A stretch of DNA of 64,000 nucleotides from Candidatus Omnitrophota bacterium (GTDB lineage: Bacteria; Omnitrophota; Gorgyraeia; Aquiviventales; Aquiviventaceae). Of the stretch, positions 38,236 to 48,729 are shown in pieces. The number at the start of each line of letters is the position of its first letter. Position 1 is the stretch's first letter. The notes beneath the pieces were generated by a model. That model was not told where the DNA came from and searched no databases. It worked only from the letters and a program-made list of their open reading frames with translations. The stretch is from positions 11,235 through 75,234 of the forward strand of contig JACQWM010000053.1 of NCBI GenBank assembly GCA_016209275.1. The letters are read 5' to 3'. The translations under genes were made by a program, and so were the position numbers.

Positions 38236-38303
38236 GTCGTGCACGATAACTACATGTTCTATATCATATTTTTTGCCTTCGTTTCAAGGTATACTCTAGA
38301 TTT

Positions 38304-41300
38304 ATGCCCACAGCATACTGTTCAGCGTTTTCGGTAGACCATCCCCGGTTGGTCATTGGCCTGACCGCTGTGATCACGCTGCTCTTCGGCGCGCAGTTTT
38401 CGAAGATCACCGTCGACACGGACCCCAAGCACATGCTCCCCGCGACCTCACCGGTGCGGCAGTACAACGACCAGGTCGAGCGGGAGTTTGTCCTGCATCC
38501 GGATGTCATCGTGCTGGGCATCGTCACCCCACCACCTGCAGCAGCGCCAGGCGTGATCAATCCGCGCACGCTCAAGACGGTCGCGGAGCTGACCCGCGCT
38601 ATTCAGCGGATTCCTGGGGTCATCTCGCGTGACGTGGACAGCCTGACCAGCGTGGACAACGTGACTTCAGTGAATGGCGAGCTCGTCGTCAAACCCGCCG
38701 TGGGAGACATTCCGCAATCTGAGCGAGAGCTGCTCCAACTTCGGGAGTCATTGCTTGGCAATCCCCTGTTAGTCAACCGTCTGATATCGGCTGATGCCAC
38801 CGCTACGGCGATCTTCATCCCCATTGAACCCACGGCGAATGGCAAGGTGGTGGCGGACAAGATCCGCGCCCTGCTTCCGAAAGCGCCAGACGGTGAGCAG
38901 TTTTACCTTGCCGGCGATCCGGTGGCCCGCGACACCTTCGGCGCCGAGATGTTTCGGCAGATGGCCCTCTTTTCGCCGATCGCCGGGATGGTCATGTGCG
39001 TGGCCCTCTGGCTGATGTTCCGCAGCGGGACGGTGATTTTGGCGAACATGAGTGTGGCGATGATCAGCATCATCTGGAGCCTGGGCGGCTTGATCGGGTT
39101 AGGGTATCCCGTGCACATCATGAGCTCCATGAGCCCGGTCTTTCTGATGGCGATCGCCACGGATGCGGTCCACATCTTTAACGAGTTTGCTTTTCAAGTT
39201 CGAGAGATCAAGGACAAGCGCCGAGCCGTCTTGGAAACGATGGCGGTGGTCGGGGGGCCGGTGTTCTACTCCGATGTCACGACGGCGGTGGGCTTCGCCG
39301 CGCTGGCTAGCGGCGCCATTATTCCAGTCAAGATCTTCGGCCTCGTCGTGGGCTTCGGCACCATGGTCATTCTGCTCATGAGCTACACCCTCGTACCGGC
39401 GCTCCTCATGCTGATGTCGAATGAACGCATGACGAAGATGACGCGGCCACAGACGGCAACGAGCCGTTCGTCGTTTCAGTGGCTATCACGCCTGGGCGAG
39501 TTCTGCGTGCGCAGGACGAAGGCGATTCTCTTGGCAGGCCTGGGATTGTTCGTCGTGGCCGCAATCGGTCTGGCGCGCATTCATGTCAACAACAACATGG
39601 TGCACTGGTTCAAGTTCCACAGCGTCGTGAGGACGGCCGACCGGGTGCTGAATGAGCGCTTAGGAGGCACGTCAACCGCCTATCTGGTCGTGCAAGCACG
39701 CACAGAGGGAGCGATGGGAGAGCCGGCGATGCTGCGCCAGATTGAGGGCCTCCAACGGGAGCTGGAGCGCGATCCCTTGGTTGGCAACACCCTCTCCGTC
39801 GCCGATTACCTCAAGCGGGTCAATCGAGTGCTGCACGATGACGATGCGGCCTTCGAGCGCATCGCGGCGTCCGCCCGCGAGGCCGGCCAATACCTGTTCC
39901 TCTTGCAGTCCGCCGCCAAACCGCGCCACCTTGATAACGTCGTCGATTTCTCGCTCCAGCAGGCGAACATCCTCCTCCAACTGAAAAGCTGGGATGCCGG
40001 GGTGATGGAACAGGTGATGGCTCGCACACAGGCGTACCTGGCTCAGCATCCCCTCCCTGATGAGGCCATCGTGAAACCCGCCGGCATCGCCTACTTCAAC
40101 ATGGTCTGGAACCATGAAGTGCTCTGGGGGATGCTCATGAGCTTCCTCTGGGGGCTCGCACTGGTCTTTATCCTCTTGATGATTGAAACCCGGTCGTTCT
40201 TCTGGGGGATCGTGAGCTTCCTGCCGCTGTTATTCACGATCGCCGTGATCTACGGGGTCGTCGGGTTCATCGGCAAGGATTTCGACATGCCGGTGGCGGT
40301 CCTCTCCACGCTCTCCCTCGGCATGGCCATTGATTTCGCGATCCACTTTGTCGGCCGCTTCCAGCAACGGTACCGGGAGCAGCCGGATCTTTCGGCGGCG
40401 CTCGTCTGGACCGTGACTCGACCGGGGAAGGGCATTTTTCTCAATGCGATCCTGTTTGCGCTGGGGTTTGCCGTGATGGCCTTCGCGGACCTCACCCCGT
40501 ACATCACCGTGGGCGTCTTCATGGCGGCGATCATGGTTCTCTCTTCGGTCATGAGCGTCATCTACCTGCCGGCGTTGATCCAGCTGTTGAAGCGCGTGTT
40601 GCTCAAAGGGGGTGGGATGAAACCTGTCACGTCGATGCTGCTGGTGCTGTTGCTGTCTGCTGGCGTGTGGAGGCCTCGCGCGGCTCAGGCCGCCGAACCC
40701 CCTAGCGGTCGCTCCATCATGGAGCAGACGCTCCTCGCCTACTACTACTCAGGCAAGGATGCCAAGGAAGAGGTGCTCATGCGGATCGTGAACCGCCAGG
40801 GTCAGGCACGGAAACGCCGCCTGACGCTGTTGCGCAGGGATCAGACCGACGGGGGCGAGCAGTCCTATTACCTTTACTTTCATGAGCCCGCCGATGTGGA
40901 GGGGATGAGCTTCCTCGTCGAAAAGCACCCAGGGCGGGATGATGACCGCTGGCTCTATCTGCCGGCTATTGATTTGGTCAAACGGATCGCCACGTCTGAC
41001 AAGCGCACCAGCTTCGCCGGCTCCGATTTCACCTACGAGGATGTGTCCGGCCGGGATCTTGACGAGGATGCGCATGAGGTCGTGGGCGAGGAAGCGCTCG
41101 GCGAGCATGCCGCGTTCGTGGTCAAGAGCACGCCAAAACGTCCAGAGGGGGTGGAGTTTAGCTACCGCAAATTTTGGATCGACAAGGCCACGCACCTGCC
41201 GCTGAAGGTGGAGCATTACGATCTTCAGGGCGCGCTGTACAAGGTCTACGAGACGCAGGAGATCCAGACGATCCAAGGCACGCCCACGATCACGAAGGCG

Positions 41301-41432
41301 GTGATGAAGGATCTGGGAAACGCGCGGTTCACGGAGATGGCGCTGCACGCGGTGTCCTACGACATGGGACTCTCAGCCGATGTCTTTCAAGAACGCAGCC
41401 TGCGCAGGCCGCCGGCGCAGTGGATCCGCTAG
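38304..41432 (+). CDS. MMPL/RND family transporter fused to a LolA-like outer-membrane lipoprotein-sorting domain
   Basis: Two MMPL repeats (DAVH, GMAIDFAIH); C-terminal DDRWLYLPA..VKRI...SFAGSDFTYED. Confidence 0.85.
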   Translation: MPTAYCSAFSVDHPRLVIGLTAVITLLFGAQFSKITVDTDPKHMLPATSPVRQYNDQVEREFVLHPDVIVLGIVTPPPAAAPGVINPRTLKTVAELTRAIQRIPGVISRDVDSLTSVDNVTSVNGELVVKPAVGDIPQSERELLQLRESLLGNPLLVNRLISADATATAIFIPIEPTANGKVVADKIRALLPKAPDGEQFYLAGDPVARDTFGAEMFRQMALFSPIAGMVMCVALWLMFRSGTVILANMSVAMISIIWSLGGLIGLGYPVHIMSSMSPVFLMAIATDAVHIFNEFAFQVREIKDKRRAVLETMAVVGGPVFYSDVTTAVGFAALASGAIIPVKIFGLVVGFGTMVILLMSYTLVPALLMLMSNERMTKMTRPQTATSRSSFQWLSRLGEFCVRRTKAILLAGLGLFVVAAIGLARIHVNNNMVHWFKFHSVVRTADRVLNERLGGTSTAYLVVQARTEGAMGEPAMLRQIEGLQRELERDPLVGNTLSVADYLKRVNRVLHDDDAAFERIAASAREAGQYLFLLQSAAKPRHLDNVVDFSLQQANILLQLKSWDAGVMEQVMARTQAYLAQHPLPDEAIVKPAGIAYFNMVWNHEVLWGMLMSFLWGLALVFILLMIETRSFFWGIVSFLPLLFTIAVIYGVVGFIGKDFDMPVAVLSTLSLGMAIDFAIHFVGRFQQRYREQPDLSAALVWTVTRPGKGIFLNAILFALGFAVMAFADLTPYITVGVFMAAIMVLSSVMSVIYLPALIQLLKRVLLKGGGMKPVTSMLLVLLLSAGVWRPRAAQAAEPPSGRSIMEQTLLAYYYSGKDAKEEVLMRIVNRQGQARKRRLTLLRRDQTDGGEQSYYLYFHEPADVEGMSFLVEKHPGRDDDRWLYLPAIDLVKRIATSDKRTSFAGSDFTYEDVSGRDLDEDAHEVVGEEALGEHAAFVVKSTPKRPEGVEFSYRKFWIDKATHLPLKVEHYDLQGALYKVYETQEIQTIQGTPTITKAVMKDLGNARFTEMALHAVSYDMGLSADVFQERSLRRPPAQWIR

Positions 41433-42726
41433 GAGGTCCATCGTCGTCGGCGCTGGCCTCGCCGCTGTTGGGCTCTGGCTGTTCCCAGCACGCGTGCGGG
41501 CCGGCGGACAGCTCCCAGATCTCCACGGGTTTGTCGAAGCGGTCTATGGCCCGAAGTTCCTCGGGGATGAGCGCACGCAGAAGGACGAGTTCAACGTCTT
41601 GGAGCAGCGCTTTCAATTAAAAGCCGCCTGGCGGCCGCCCCGCTCAGCACCGTTGGCCTCGTGGAACCCTGAAGTTTTCTACAAAGGGGATCTGGTCGTT
41701 GATGAGTACGACGAAGCCCTCCGCTACAAGATCCGTGAGGCGCATGTCTCGGCCAGCCCCTTGGCTTGGCTGGATGTCAAGCTGGGCCGGCAGATTCTCA
41801 CCTGGGGAACCGGCGATCTGCTCTTCATCAACGATGTCTTTCCGAAAGATTTTGTCTCCTTCTTTATCGGCAGGGATGATGAATATCTCAAGATGCCTTC
41901 TGATGCGGCGAAGCTCTCTTTCTTTAGTCCCTGGGCTTCGCTCGATCTGATCCTCATCCCCTTCTTTACGCCTGACACCCCCATCACCGGCAACGGCTTA
42001 AGCTTCTTTGACAGCCTCCTTGGCCGTCTGGCCGGGAAGGAGTCGAATCGCCTGTTAACGGAGCCATCGTTCCAGCCGAAGAACACCGAGATCGCCGGTC
42101 GGGTCAGCCGAATCATTGGCGGCTATGAAGTCGCCGGGTATGCGTTCCGAGGATTCTTCAAGCAAGCCATGGGCATCAAGAACCAGGATGCCCGGGAGCT
42201 GTTCTATCCGGAGCTTGCGGTCTACGGGGCGAGCCTCCGGGGCCCTGTTCCAGCGATTGGCGGCATCACCTATGGCGAGATCGGCTACGACGACTCGCTG
42301 GAGGATCGCAGCGGCAAGAACCGCCTGATTGAAAATGCCTTGATGAAATACCTCGCAGGCTATGAGCGCGATTTTCCAAACGATCTTCGCATTGGGCTCC
42401 AATATTACGTCGAGCAGATGCTGGACTTCGATCAGTTCACGGCCGGCTTCCTGCCCGGGGATGTGCCGCGTGATCAGTTCCGAGAACTTGTGACGTGTCG
42501 GATCACCAAGCTGTTCTGGATGCAGACGCTTGAGGCCTCTTTCTTCGTCTTGTACTCACCGACCGACGAGGACGCGCACCTGCGCCCCCGGCTGACGTGG
42601 CAGGTCAATGATCAGTGGAAGGCCACCATCGGGGCCAACGTCTTCTTCGGCACGCATGACTGGACCGAGTTCGGGCAGCTTGAAGATAACGATAATCTGT
42701 ATGTGAGAGTGCGGTACAGTTTCTGA
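41380..42726 (+). CDS. Outer membrane beta-barrel protein (DUF1302-like); start uncertain
   Basis: LGRQILTWGTGD, FGQL..ND, C-terminal VRYSF. Confidence 0.75.
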   Translation: MSFKNAACAGRRRSGSARRSIVVGAGLAAVGLWLFPARVRAGGQLPDLHGFVEAVYGPKFLGDERTQKDEFNVLEQRFQLKAAWRPPRSAPLASWNPEVFYKGDLVVDEYDEALRYKIREAHVSASPLAWLDVKLGRQILTWGTGDLLFINDVFPKDFVSFFIGRDDEYLKMPSDAAKLSFFSPWASLDLILIPFFTPDTPITGNGLSFFDSLLGRLAGKESNRLLTEPSFQPKNTEIAGRVSRIIGGYEVAGYAFRGFFKQAMGIKNQDARELFYPELAVYGASLRGPVPAIGGITYGEIGYDDSLEDRSGKNRLIENALMKYLAGYERDFPNDLRIGLQYYVEQMLDFDQFTAGFLPGDVPRDQFRELVTCRITKLFWMQTLEASFFVLYSPTDEDAHLRPRLTWQVNDQWKATIGANVFFGTHDWTEFGQLEDNDNLYVRVRYSF

Positions 42727-42757
42727 CGCCAATGAAGAAGGTTGTGGCGTTTTGACC

Positions 42758-43252
42758 ATGAGGCAAAAGGTTGTTCTTCAGCCAATCGGCAGGGTGCGCG
42801 GCAACGCACTTCAGATTCACAAACGCTGGGCGCAAGGGCTCGAAGGCATCGAGCAGTTCTCCCACGTCGTTGTTCTGTTCTGGCTGCATCAGGCGAAGAA
42901 GCCTGAGCTGAAGATTCATCCCAAGGGCTTCAAGGAACTACCGAGGATTGGATTCCTGGCTACGAGGACGCCGCACCGGCCTAACCCGATTGGCTTGACG
43001 GTGGTGAGGCTGTTAAAACGACGAGGCTCACGGCTTTGGGTAGAAGGTTTGGATGCATGGAATGGCACCCCCATCTTGGACATCAAACCGTACACGAAGA
43101 AAGAATCCGTCAGGCAGTTCAGAATTCCTGCGTGGGTGCGTCAGTTGGACAAGCTTGAGACGGATCCCAATTGCGTGGGGGGGTGCTTGGGCGATGTGGA
43201 CCAGTGCATGGTGGATCGACGCGTGTTGAGCAAGCAGGGGATCCGGCGCTGA
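42758..43252 (+). CDS. TsaA/TrmO-like SAM-binding methyltransferase
   Basis: LFWLH, GFLATRTPHRPNPIGL, GLDAWNGTPILDIKPY. Confidence 0.85.
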   Translation: MRQKVVLQPIGRVRGNALQIHKRWAQGLEGIEQFSHVVVLFWLHQAKKPELKIHPKGFKELPRIGFLATRTPHRPNPIGLTVVRLLKRRGSRLWVEGLDAWNGTPILDIKPYTKKESVRQFRIPAWVRQLDKLETDPNCVGGCLGDVDQCMVDRRVLSKQGIRR

Positions 43253-43301
43253 TTTTTTGTCACCTGCGATATCCGCATAGGCGGATGAGAGGGTGGGACT
43301 G

Positions 43302-44342
<1,041 letters not shown>

Positions 44343-44364
44343 GGTAAGGGTAGGTAGTAAGTAA

Positions 44365-45033
44365 GGTGACAGTCACTTTTGGGGACAGGCATTTTTGGCT
44401 GGGCGGCGCTGGAACAAATAGGCCGGTCCTCCGATGGCCGTGGCGGCGCTGAAGATGAACCTCGCGGTCTCGGAGGAATAGTCGATGGCAGACAGCGAGG
44501 GCGGGAGTGCTGGCGGCAGATAGGGATCGAGCAGCTCGTCGGGAACCCCAAGATGGTAATGCCGGTAGCTACTGTGCGGGTAAGCCGCCGGTTCCTTGCA
44601 GAGGCCTGCCCGAATAGGGTTGAACTCCACGTACGTTCCGCACGCGGTAAGATACTCCTCACTTTCGATCGGCAAACTTTTGTATCGTTCCCTCCAGAGC
44701 GGGCCTTTCCATCCATATTTCCTACGCATCCAAATCGTGTACCTCCACTTGAGCTGGGCCAGGTGCGCTGAGAGGGCGTGTTGGGTTGTCGCCTGAAGGA
44801 CGAAGTGGAAGTGCGTGTGCATGATCACGTAGTGAAACAGGCGGAGGGGAAAGTCGCGTTTCGCCTGCTGCTGCAGCTTGCGGAAGCGGGAGAAGTCTTC
44901 AGGGTCCCTGAAGATATGGGTTTGATTGATGGAACGAGAGATGACGTGGTAGTACCCGTTGTCCTGAATGAATCGGGCAGTTCGTGGCATCCGGTCCTCA
45001 ACTCGATGTCTGTCCCCGGCGGTGACTGTCACC
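44365..45033. mobile_element. RAYT element bounded by 27-bp imperfect inverted repeats
   Basis: Left GGTGACAGTCAC-tttt-GGGGACAGGCA (44365-91); right end reverse complement GGTGACAGTCAC-cgcc-GGGGACAGACA (45007-33). Confidence 0.7.
44373..44990 (-). CDS. REP-associated tyrosine transposase (RAYT, Y1/HUH)
   Basis: MPR.AR, YHVISR, YVIMHTHFH, LWRERYKS, YVEFNPIRAGL, YPHSSY. Confidence 0.88.
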   Translation of the reverse strand: MPRTARFIQDNGYYHVISRSINQTHIFRDPEDFSRFRKLQQQAKRDFPLRLFHYVIMHTHFHFVLQATTQHALSAHLAQLKWRYTIWMRRKYGWKGPLWRERYKSLPIESEEYLTACGTYVEFNPIRAGLCKEPAAYPHSSYRHYHLGVPDELLDPYLPPALPPSLSAIDYSSETARFIFSAATAIGGPAYLFQRRPAKNACPQK

Positions 45034-45052
45034 AGTGGGGACGGCCGTTTCC

Positions 45053-46576
45053 TTACCAAAGTTGACGATCGAGGCTGCGATACTGGATCGCTTCGGCCAG
45101 ATGCTCAGGGAGAATCTCCTCCGACGCGGCCAGATCCGCGATCGTCCGGGCGATTTTAAGGAGCTTGCCGTAGGAGCGGGCCGAGACCCCCAGCTCCTGC
45201 AGCGCGGATTTCAGCAGCGCGGCAGCCTGCAGGCTGAGCGGGCAGGCGTTCGCCAAGTCGCGGTGGCGCAGCTGCGCGTTGCAGGCCACGCCAAGCGGTC
45301 TCAAGCGCTTCCGGGCTCGCCGCCTCGCGGCCACCACGCGCGCCTTGATCGCTTGCGATGATTCTCCGTCGGCCGGATGCGTGAGCGTCTCAAACCGCAC
45401 CGCCGGCACTTCCACGTGCAGGTCGATGCGATCCAGCAGCGGGCCGGAAATCTTCGCCAGGTACTGCGCCACTTTGTGGGACGGGCAGCGGCACCGCCGC
45501 CTGGGATCGGTGAGGTAGCCGCACGGACACGGATTCATCGCGGCCACGAGCAGAAACCGCGCGGGAAAGGTGACTGAGCGTTTCGCGCGCGCGACGCTGA
45601 TCACGCCGTCCTCGAGCGGCTGCCGCAAACTCTCCAAGGCGTCTCGATGGAACTCCGGCAGCTCATCCAGAAACAAGACTCCATGGTGCGCGAGCGACAC
45701 TTCGCCGGGCTTGGGGGTCGCCCCGCCGCCGACCAGGGCCACGGCCGAGGTGGTATGATGCGGCGCGCGGAACGGCCGCTGCGCGATGAGCGGCGCCTCA
45801 TGCAGCAACCCCGCCACGCTGTGAATCGCGGTGGCTTCCAACGCCTCATCCAGCGAGAGGTCCGGCTCGATGGTGGCCATGCGCTGGGCGAGCATGGTCT
45901 TGCCGGAGCCGGGCGGGCCGATCAGCAGCGCATGATGGCCGCCGGCCACGGCGACTTCCAACGCGCGCTTGACGTGCGCCTGGCCGCGGACATCGGCGAA
46001 ATCGACCGGATAGCGTGCGGGCGCGCGGAGCGCTCGGCGTGACGCTGAAGGCGCTGGGGCAGCGGCACTCGGCGCGGAGAGCCAGGCGACCGCCTCGGTC
46101 AGCGACGCCACCGGCACGACGTGAAGGCCGCCGATGAGGCGGGCTTCTTGGGCATTGGCCCTCGGCACCATCAACGGCCGTCGGTTGTGGCGCAGTGCCA
46201 GCGCAATCGGCAAGACTCCGGGCACGGCGCGCACGCTGCCATCCAACGCGAGCTCTCCCATCGCCATCAGCGAGGCCACCCGATGAGGATCGGCTTGCCC
46301 TGTGGCCGCAAGCATCCCTAAGGCCATCGCCAAATCAAAAATGCCGCCCTCCTTTTTGACATCCGCCGGGGCGAGGTTGATGGTGAGCCTTGAAGAGGGC
46401 AGCTGATATTGGCTATTGAGGATGGCCGCGCGGATGCGCTCTTTGGCTTCTTTCACCGCCTGATCCGGCAAACCGATGATGGAGAAAGTGGGCAGCCCGC
46501 GCGCGGCATCGACCTCCACGTCGACCGCAACGGCGTGCAAGCCCAGTGTCGTATACGATGTGGTGCGCGCGAGCAT
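45053..46576 (-). CDS. comM: YifB/ComM Mg-chelatase-like AAA ATPase
   Basis: GLPD.AVKE, NLAPAD, GPPGSGKTMLA, RAPHH, GEVSLAHHGVLFLDE, NPCPCG, SGPLLDRID. Confidence 0.93.
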   Translation of the reverse strand: MLARTTSYTTLGLHAVAVDVEVDAARGLPTFSIIGLPDQAVKEAKERIRAAILNSQYQLPSSRLTINLAPADVKKEGGIFDLAMALGMLAATGQADPHRVASLMAMGELALDGSVRAVPGVLPIALALRHNRRPLMVPRANAQEARLIGGLHVVPVASLTEAVAWLSAPSAAAPAPSASRRALRAPARYPVDFADVRGQAHVKRALEVAVAGGHHALLIGPPGSGKTMLAQRMATIEPDLSLDEALEATAIHSVAGLLHEAPLIAQRPFRAPHHTTSAVALVGGGATPKPGEVSLAHHGVLFLDELPEFHRDALESLRQPLEDGVISVARAKRSVTFPARFLLVAAMNPCPCGYLTDPRRRCRCPSHKVAQYLAKISGPLLDRIDLHVEVPAVRFETLTHPADGESSQAIKARVVAARRRARKRLRPLGVACNAQLRHRDLANACPLSLQAAALLKSALQELGVSARSYGKLLKIARTIADLAASEEILPEHLAEAIQYRSLDRQLW

Positions 46577-46728
46577 GATGCCTCCATGGGGTTCAATGGT
46601 CCGGTGAATGCGAGGAAGGGCGGAGCTGGAAGCGGCGCGGCGAGGTTGAAAAAGCGCTTGTCTTTTGCGACGTCCGGAGTATACTAAACGCTAACACAAT
46701 TGCCTTCCGACGGTCAAGGAGATTCCCC

Positions 46729-47337
46729 ATGACATCTACGGCAAGTCGTCTATTGGTCATCGGATTAGCGCTGCTCGCCCTCAGCAGTTTATGGCACGCC
46801 TGGTCTGTTGAAGGCGACCGGCGGCGCCTGGCCAAGGCGAATCAGGAGATTGCGAAACAGCTACAGGAGCTGGAAGCCGAACGCGCGCAGCTCAACGAGG
46901 CGTTGACCAAGGCCGCGCAGACGATTGAAGGGCAAGCCGGCGATCTCGCCGGCTACCGTCATGAGCTGGAACTGGCACAGCAGCGCCTCACACGCGCCGC
47001 TGTGGAATTGGCGTCCCTCAAACAGGAGCAGGATGCGCTGCTCTCAAAGAACGTCGCCCTCACGAACGACCTGAATGCCGTCAGCGCGCAAAAGCAGCAG
47101 TTGGAAGCGAAGCTCTCCGATCTCCGAGCGCTTCGGCTGGCCATCCGCGACGTCAAGCACAAGATCTGGGAGCAGCGGTTTGCGGCTTGGCGGATGCGCA
47201 TGCAAGCCGAGCGAGAAGCCGACCGGCAGCGGCTGGCCATAGGCAATCGCGGCTACCTCGTGCGGGATGGCGCCTCGACGATGATTGGAGACACTCCGCG
47301 ACGGCATGTGCACGTGCTGGAGCCGCAAGCGCAGTAA
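46729..47337 (+). CDS. Membrane-anchored coiled-coil hypothetical protein
   Basis: N-terminal TM, long heptad region, GNRGYLVRDG; SD AAGGAG. Confidence 0.7.
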   Translation: MTSTASRLLVIGLALLALSSLWHAWSVEGDRRRLAKANQEIAKQLQELEAERAQLNEALTKAAQTIEGQAGDLAGYRHELELAQQRLTRAAVELASLKQEQDALLSKNVALTNDLNAVSAQKQQLEAKLSDLRALRLAIRDVKHKIWEQRFAAWRMRMQAEREADRQRLAIGNRGYLVRDGASTMIGDTPRRHVHVLEPQAQ

Positions 47338-47346
47338 CGCGTTCGC

Positions 47347-47793
47347 ATGCTGGCCATCTTGAACGCCTGGGGGGCGAATCAGGCGTTTTGCTCGTGGCTG
47401 CTCGCGTGCGTGATTTCGCAAGCGATCAAGATGGCGCTCGGAGTCATTCGCCTGAAGCGGTTTGATTTTCGCTGGCTCATCGGCACCGGGGGCATGCCCA
47501 GCACCCATGCCGCCGGGGTATGCGCGCTGTCCACCTCCATCGGGTTCCTCCAAGGATTTGATTCCCCCCTCTTCGCGGCTGCGGCGGCCTTCACGGTCAT
47601 TACGCTCTTCGATGCCCAAGGGGTTCGCCGGTGGAGTGGACGGCAAGCCCAAGTCCTGAATAAGATGATGGAAGATATGTATTTTAAGCGGCGGATTCAG
47701 GAACAACGGTTGAAGGAGCTGCTCGGCCATACGCCCCTCGAAGTCTTGGCCGGGGCGGGGCTGGGCATTGCGACCGCGATGGTCTTGCGGTGA
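47347..47793 (+). CDS. Divergent PAP2 family protein (DUF212)
   Basis: TGGMPSTH, DAQGVRR..G.QA, ELLGHTP.EV. Confidence 0.9.
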   Translation: MLAILNAWGANQAFCSWLLACVISQAIKMALGVIRLKRFDFRWLIGTGGMPSTHAAGVCALSTSIGFLQGFDSPLFAAAAAFTVITLFDAQGVRRWSGRQAQVLNKMMEDMYFKRRIQEQRLKELLGHTPLEVLAGAGLGIATAMVLR

Positions 47794-47811
47794 TCGGAGA
47801 GGGAGCTAAGG

Positions 47812-48723
47812 ATGATGCGTCGTCGAATCGTGGTGGCGGTTGTCGCAGCGGGAGTCGCTCTGGCAGTGATCGGGCTGCTCATGGTCGCCGGCCAGCAGGG
47901 ATGGTTTGGCGGCAAGCCCAAGCGCCTTTTAGCGCGGGGCCTGCACGCGCAGCAAGCCGGGCAGTGGCCTGAGGCGCAGAAAAATTTCGAGGAGCTCATT
48001 GCCACCTACCCCGATGCGCCGTGGACGGATCAAGCCCTGCTGGGATTGGGGCAGGTGTACGAAGCCCAGCAGCAATGGGTGGAAGCCCGCGCGACCTACC
48101 AGCGGCTGGTGGAGCAATTTCCGAATTCGCGCCTGATGTCGGCGACCCAGAGCCGCTTGGGCCATGTGAATGTTTCGCTGCTGTTTTCTCCCACCCTGAC
48201 CGATTTGGATCGGGAGTATGAGGTGCAGCCCGGCGACTCGCTCGGAAAAATCGCCGCCGCGAACAGCACGACGGTGGAATTGTTGCGCAAGGCGAATAAT
48301 CTCAAGAGCGATGTGATCCGCCCGCGGCAGAAATTGAAAGTGCCGAAAGGCAAATTCAGCATTGTCGTCGACAAATCCCAGAATGAGCTGCTGCTGACAG
48401 AAGAGGACCGCTTCGTCAAGAGCTATGTGATCGCCACCGGCAAGGACAACTCCACACCGGTGGGCGCGTTTAAGATCGTGACAAAGATTCCGAATCCCGT
48501 CTGGTATAAGCAGGGGGCGGTGGTGCCCCCGGAGAGCCCGGAAAATATCCTTGGCACGCGGTGGCTGGGGCTGAATAAGCAAGGCTACGGCATCCACGGC
48601 TCGGTCGATCCGGCGGCGCTGGGCAAGCAGGTGACCGCCGGCTGCGTGCGGATGGCCAATCATGACGTCGAGGAGCTCTTCGGGATCGTGCCGGTTGGCA
48701 CCGATGTGACGATTGTCGATTGA
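47812..48723 (+). CDS. TPR-LysM-L,D-transpeptidase
   Basis: YEVQPGDSL.KIA (LysM), TPVG.F, GIHGS..TAGCVRM. Confidence 0.9.
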   Translation: MMRRRIVVAVVAAGVALAVIGLLMVAGQQGWFGGKPKRLLARGLHAQQAGQWPEAQKNFEELIATYPDAPWTDQALLGLGQVYEAQQQWVEARATYQRLVEQFPNSRLMSATQSRLGHVNVSLLFSPTLTDLDREYEVQPGDSLGKIAAANSTTVELLRKANNLKSDVIRPRQKLKVPKGKFSIVVDKSQNELLLTEEDRFVKSYVIATGKDNSTPVGAFKIVTKIPNPVWYKQGAVVPPESPENILGTRWLGLNKQGYGIHGSVDPAALGKQVTAGCVRMANHDVEELFGIVPVGTDVTIVD

Positions 48724-48729
48724 GCGGGG

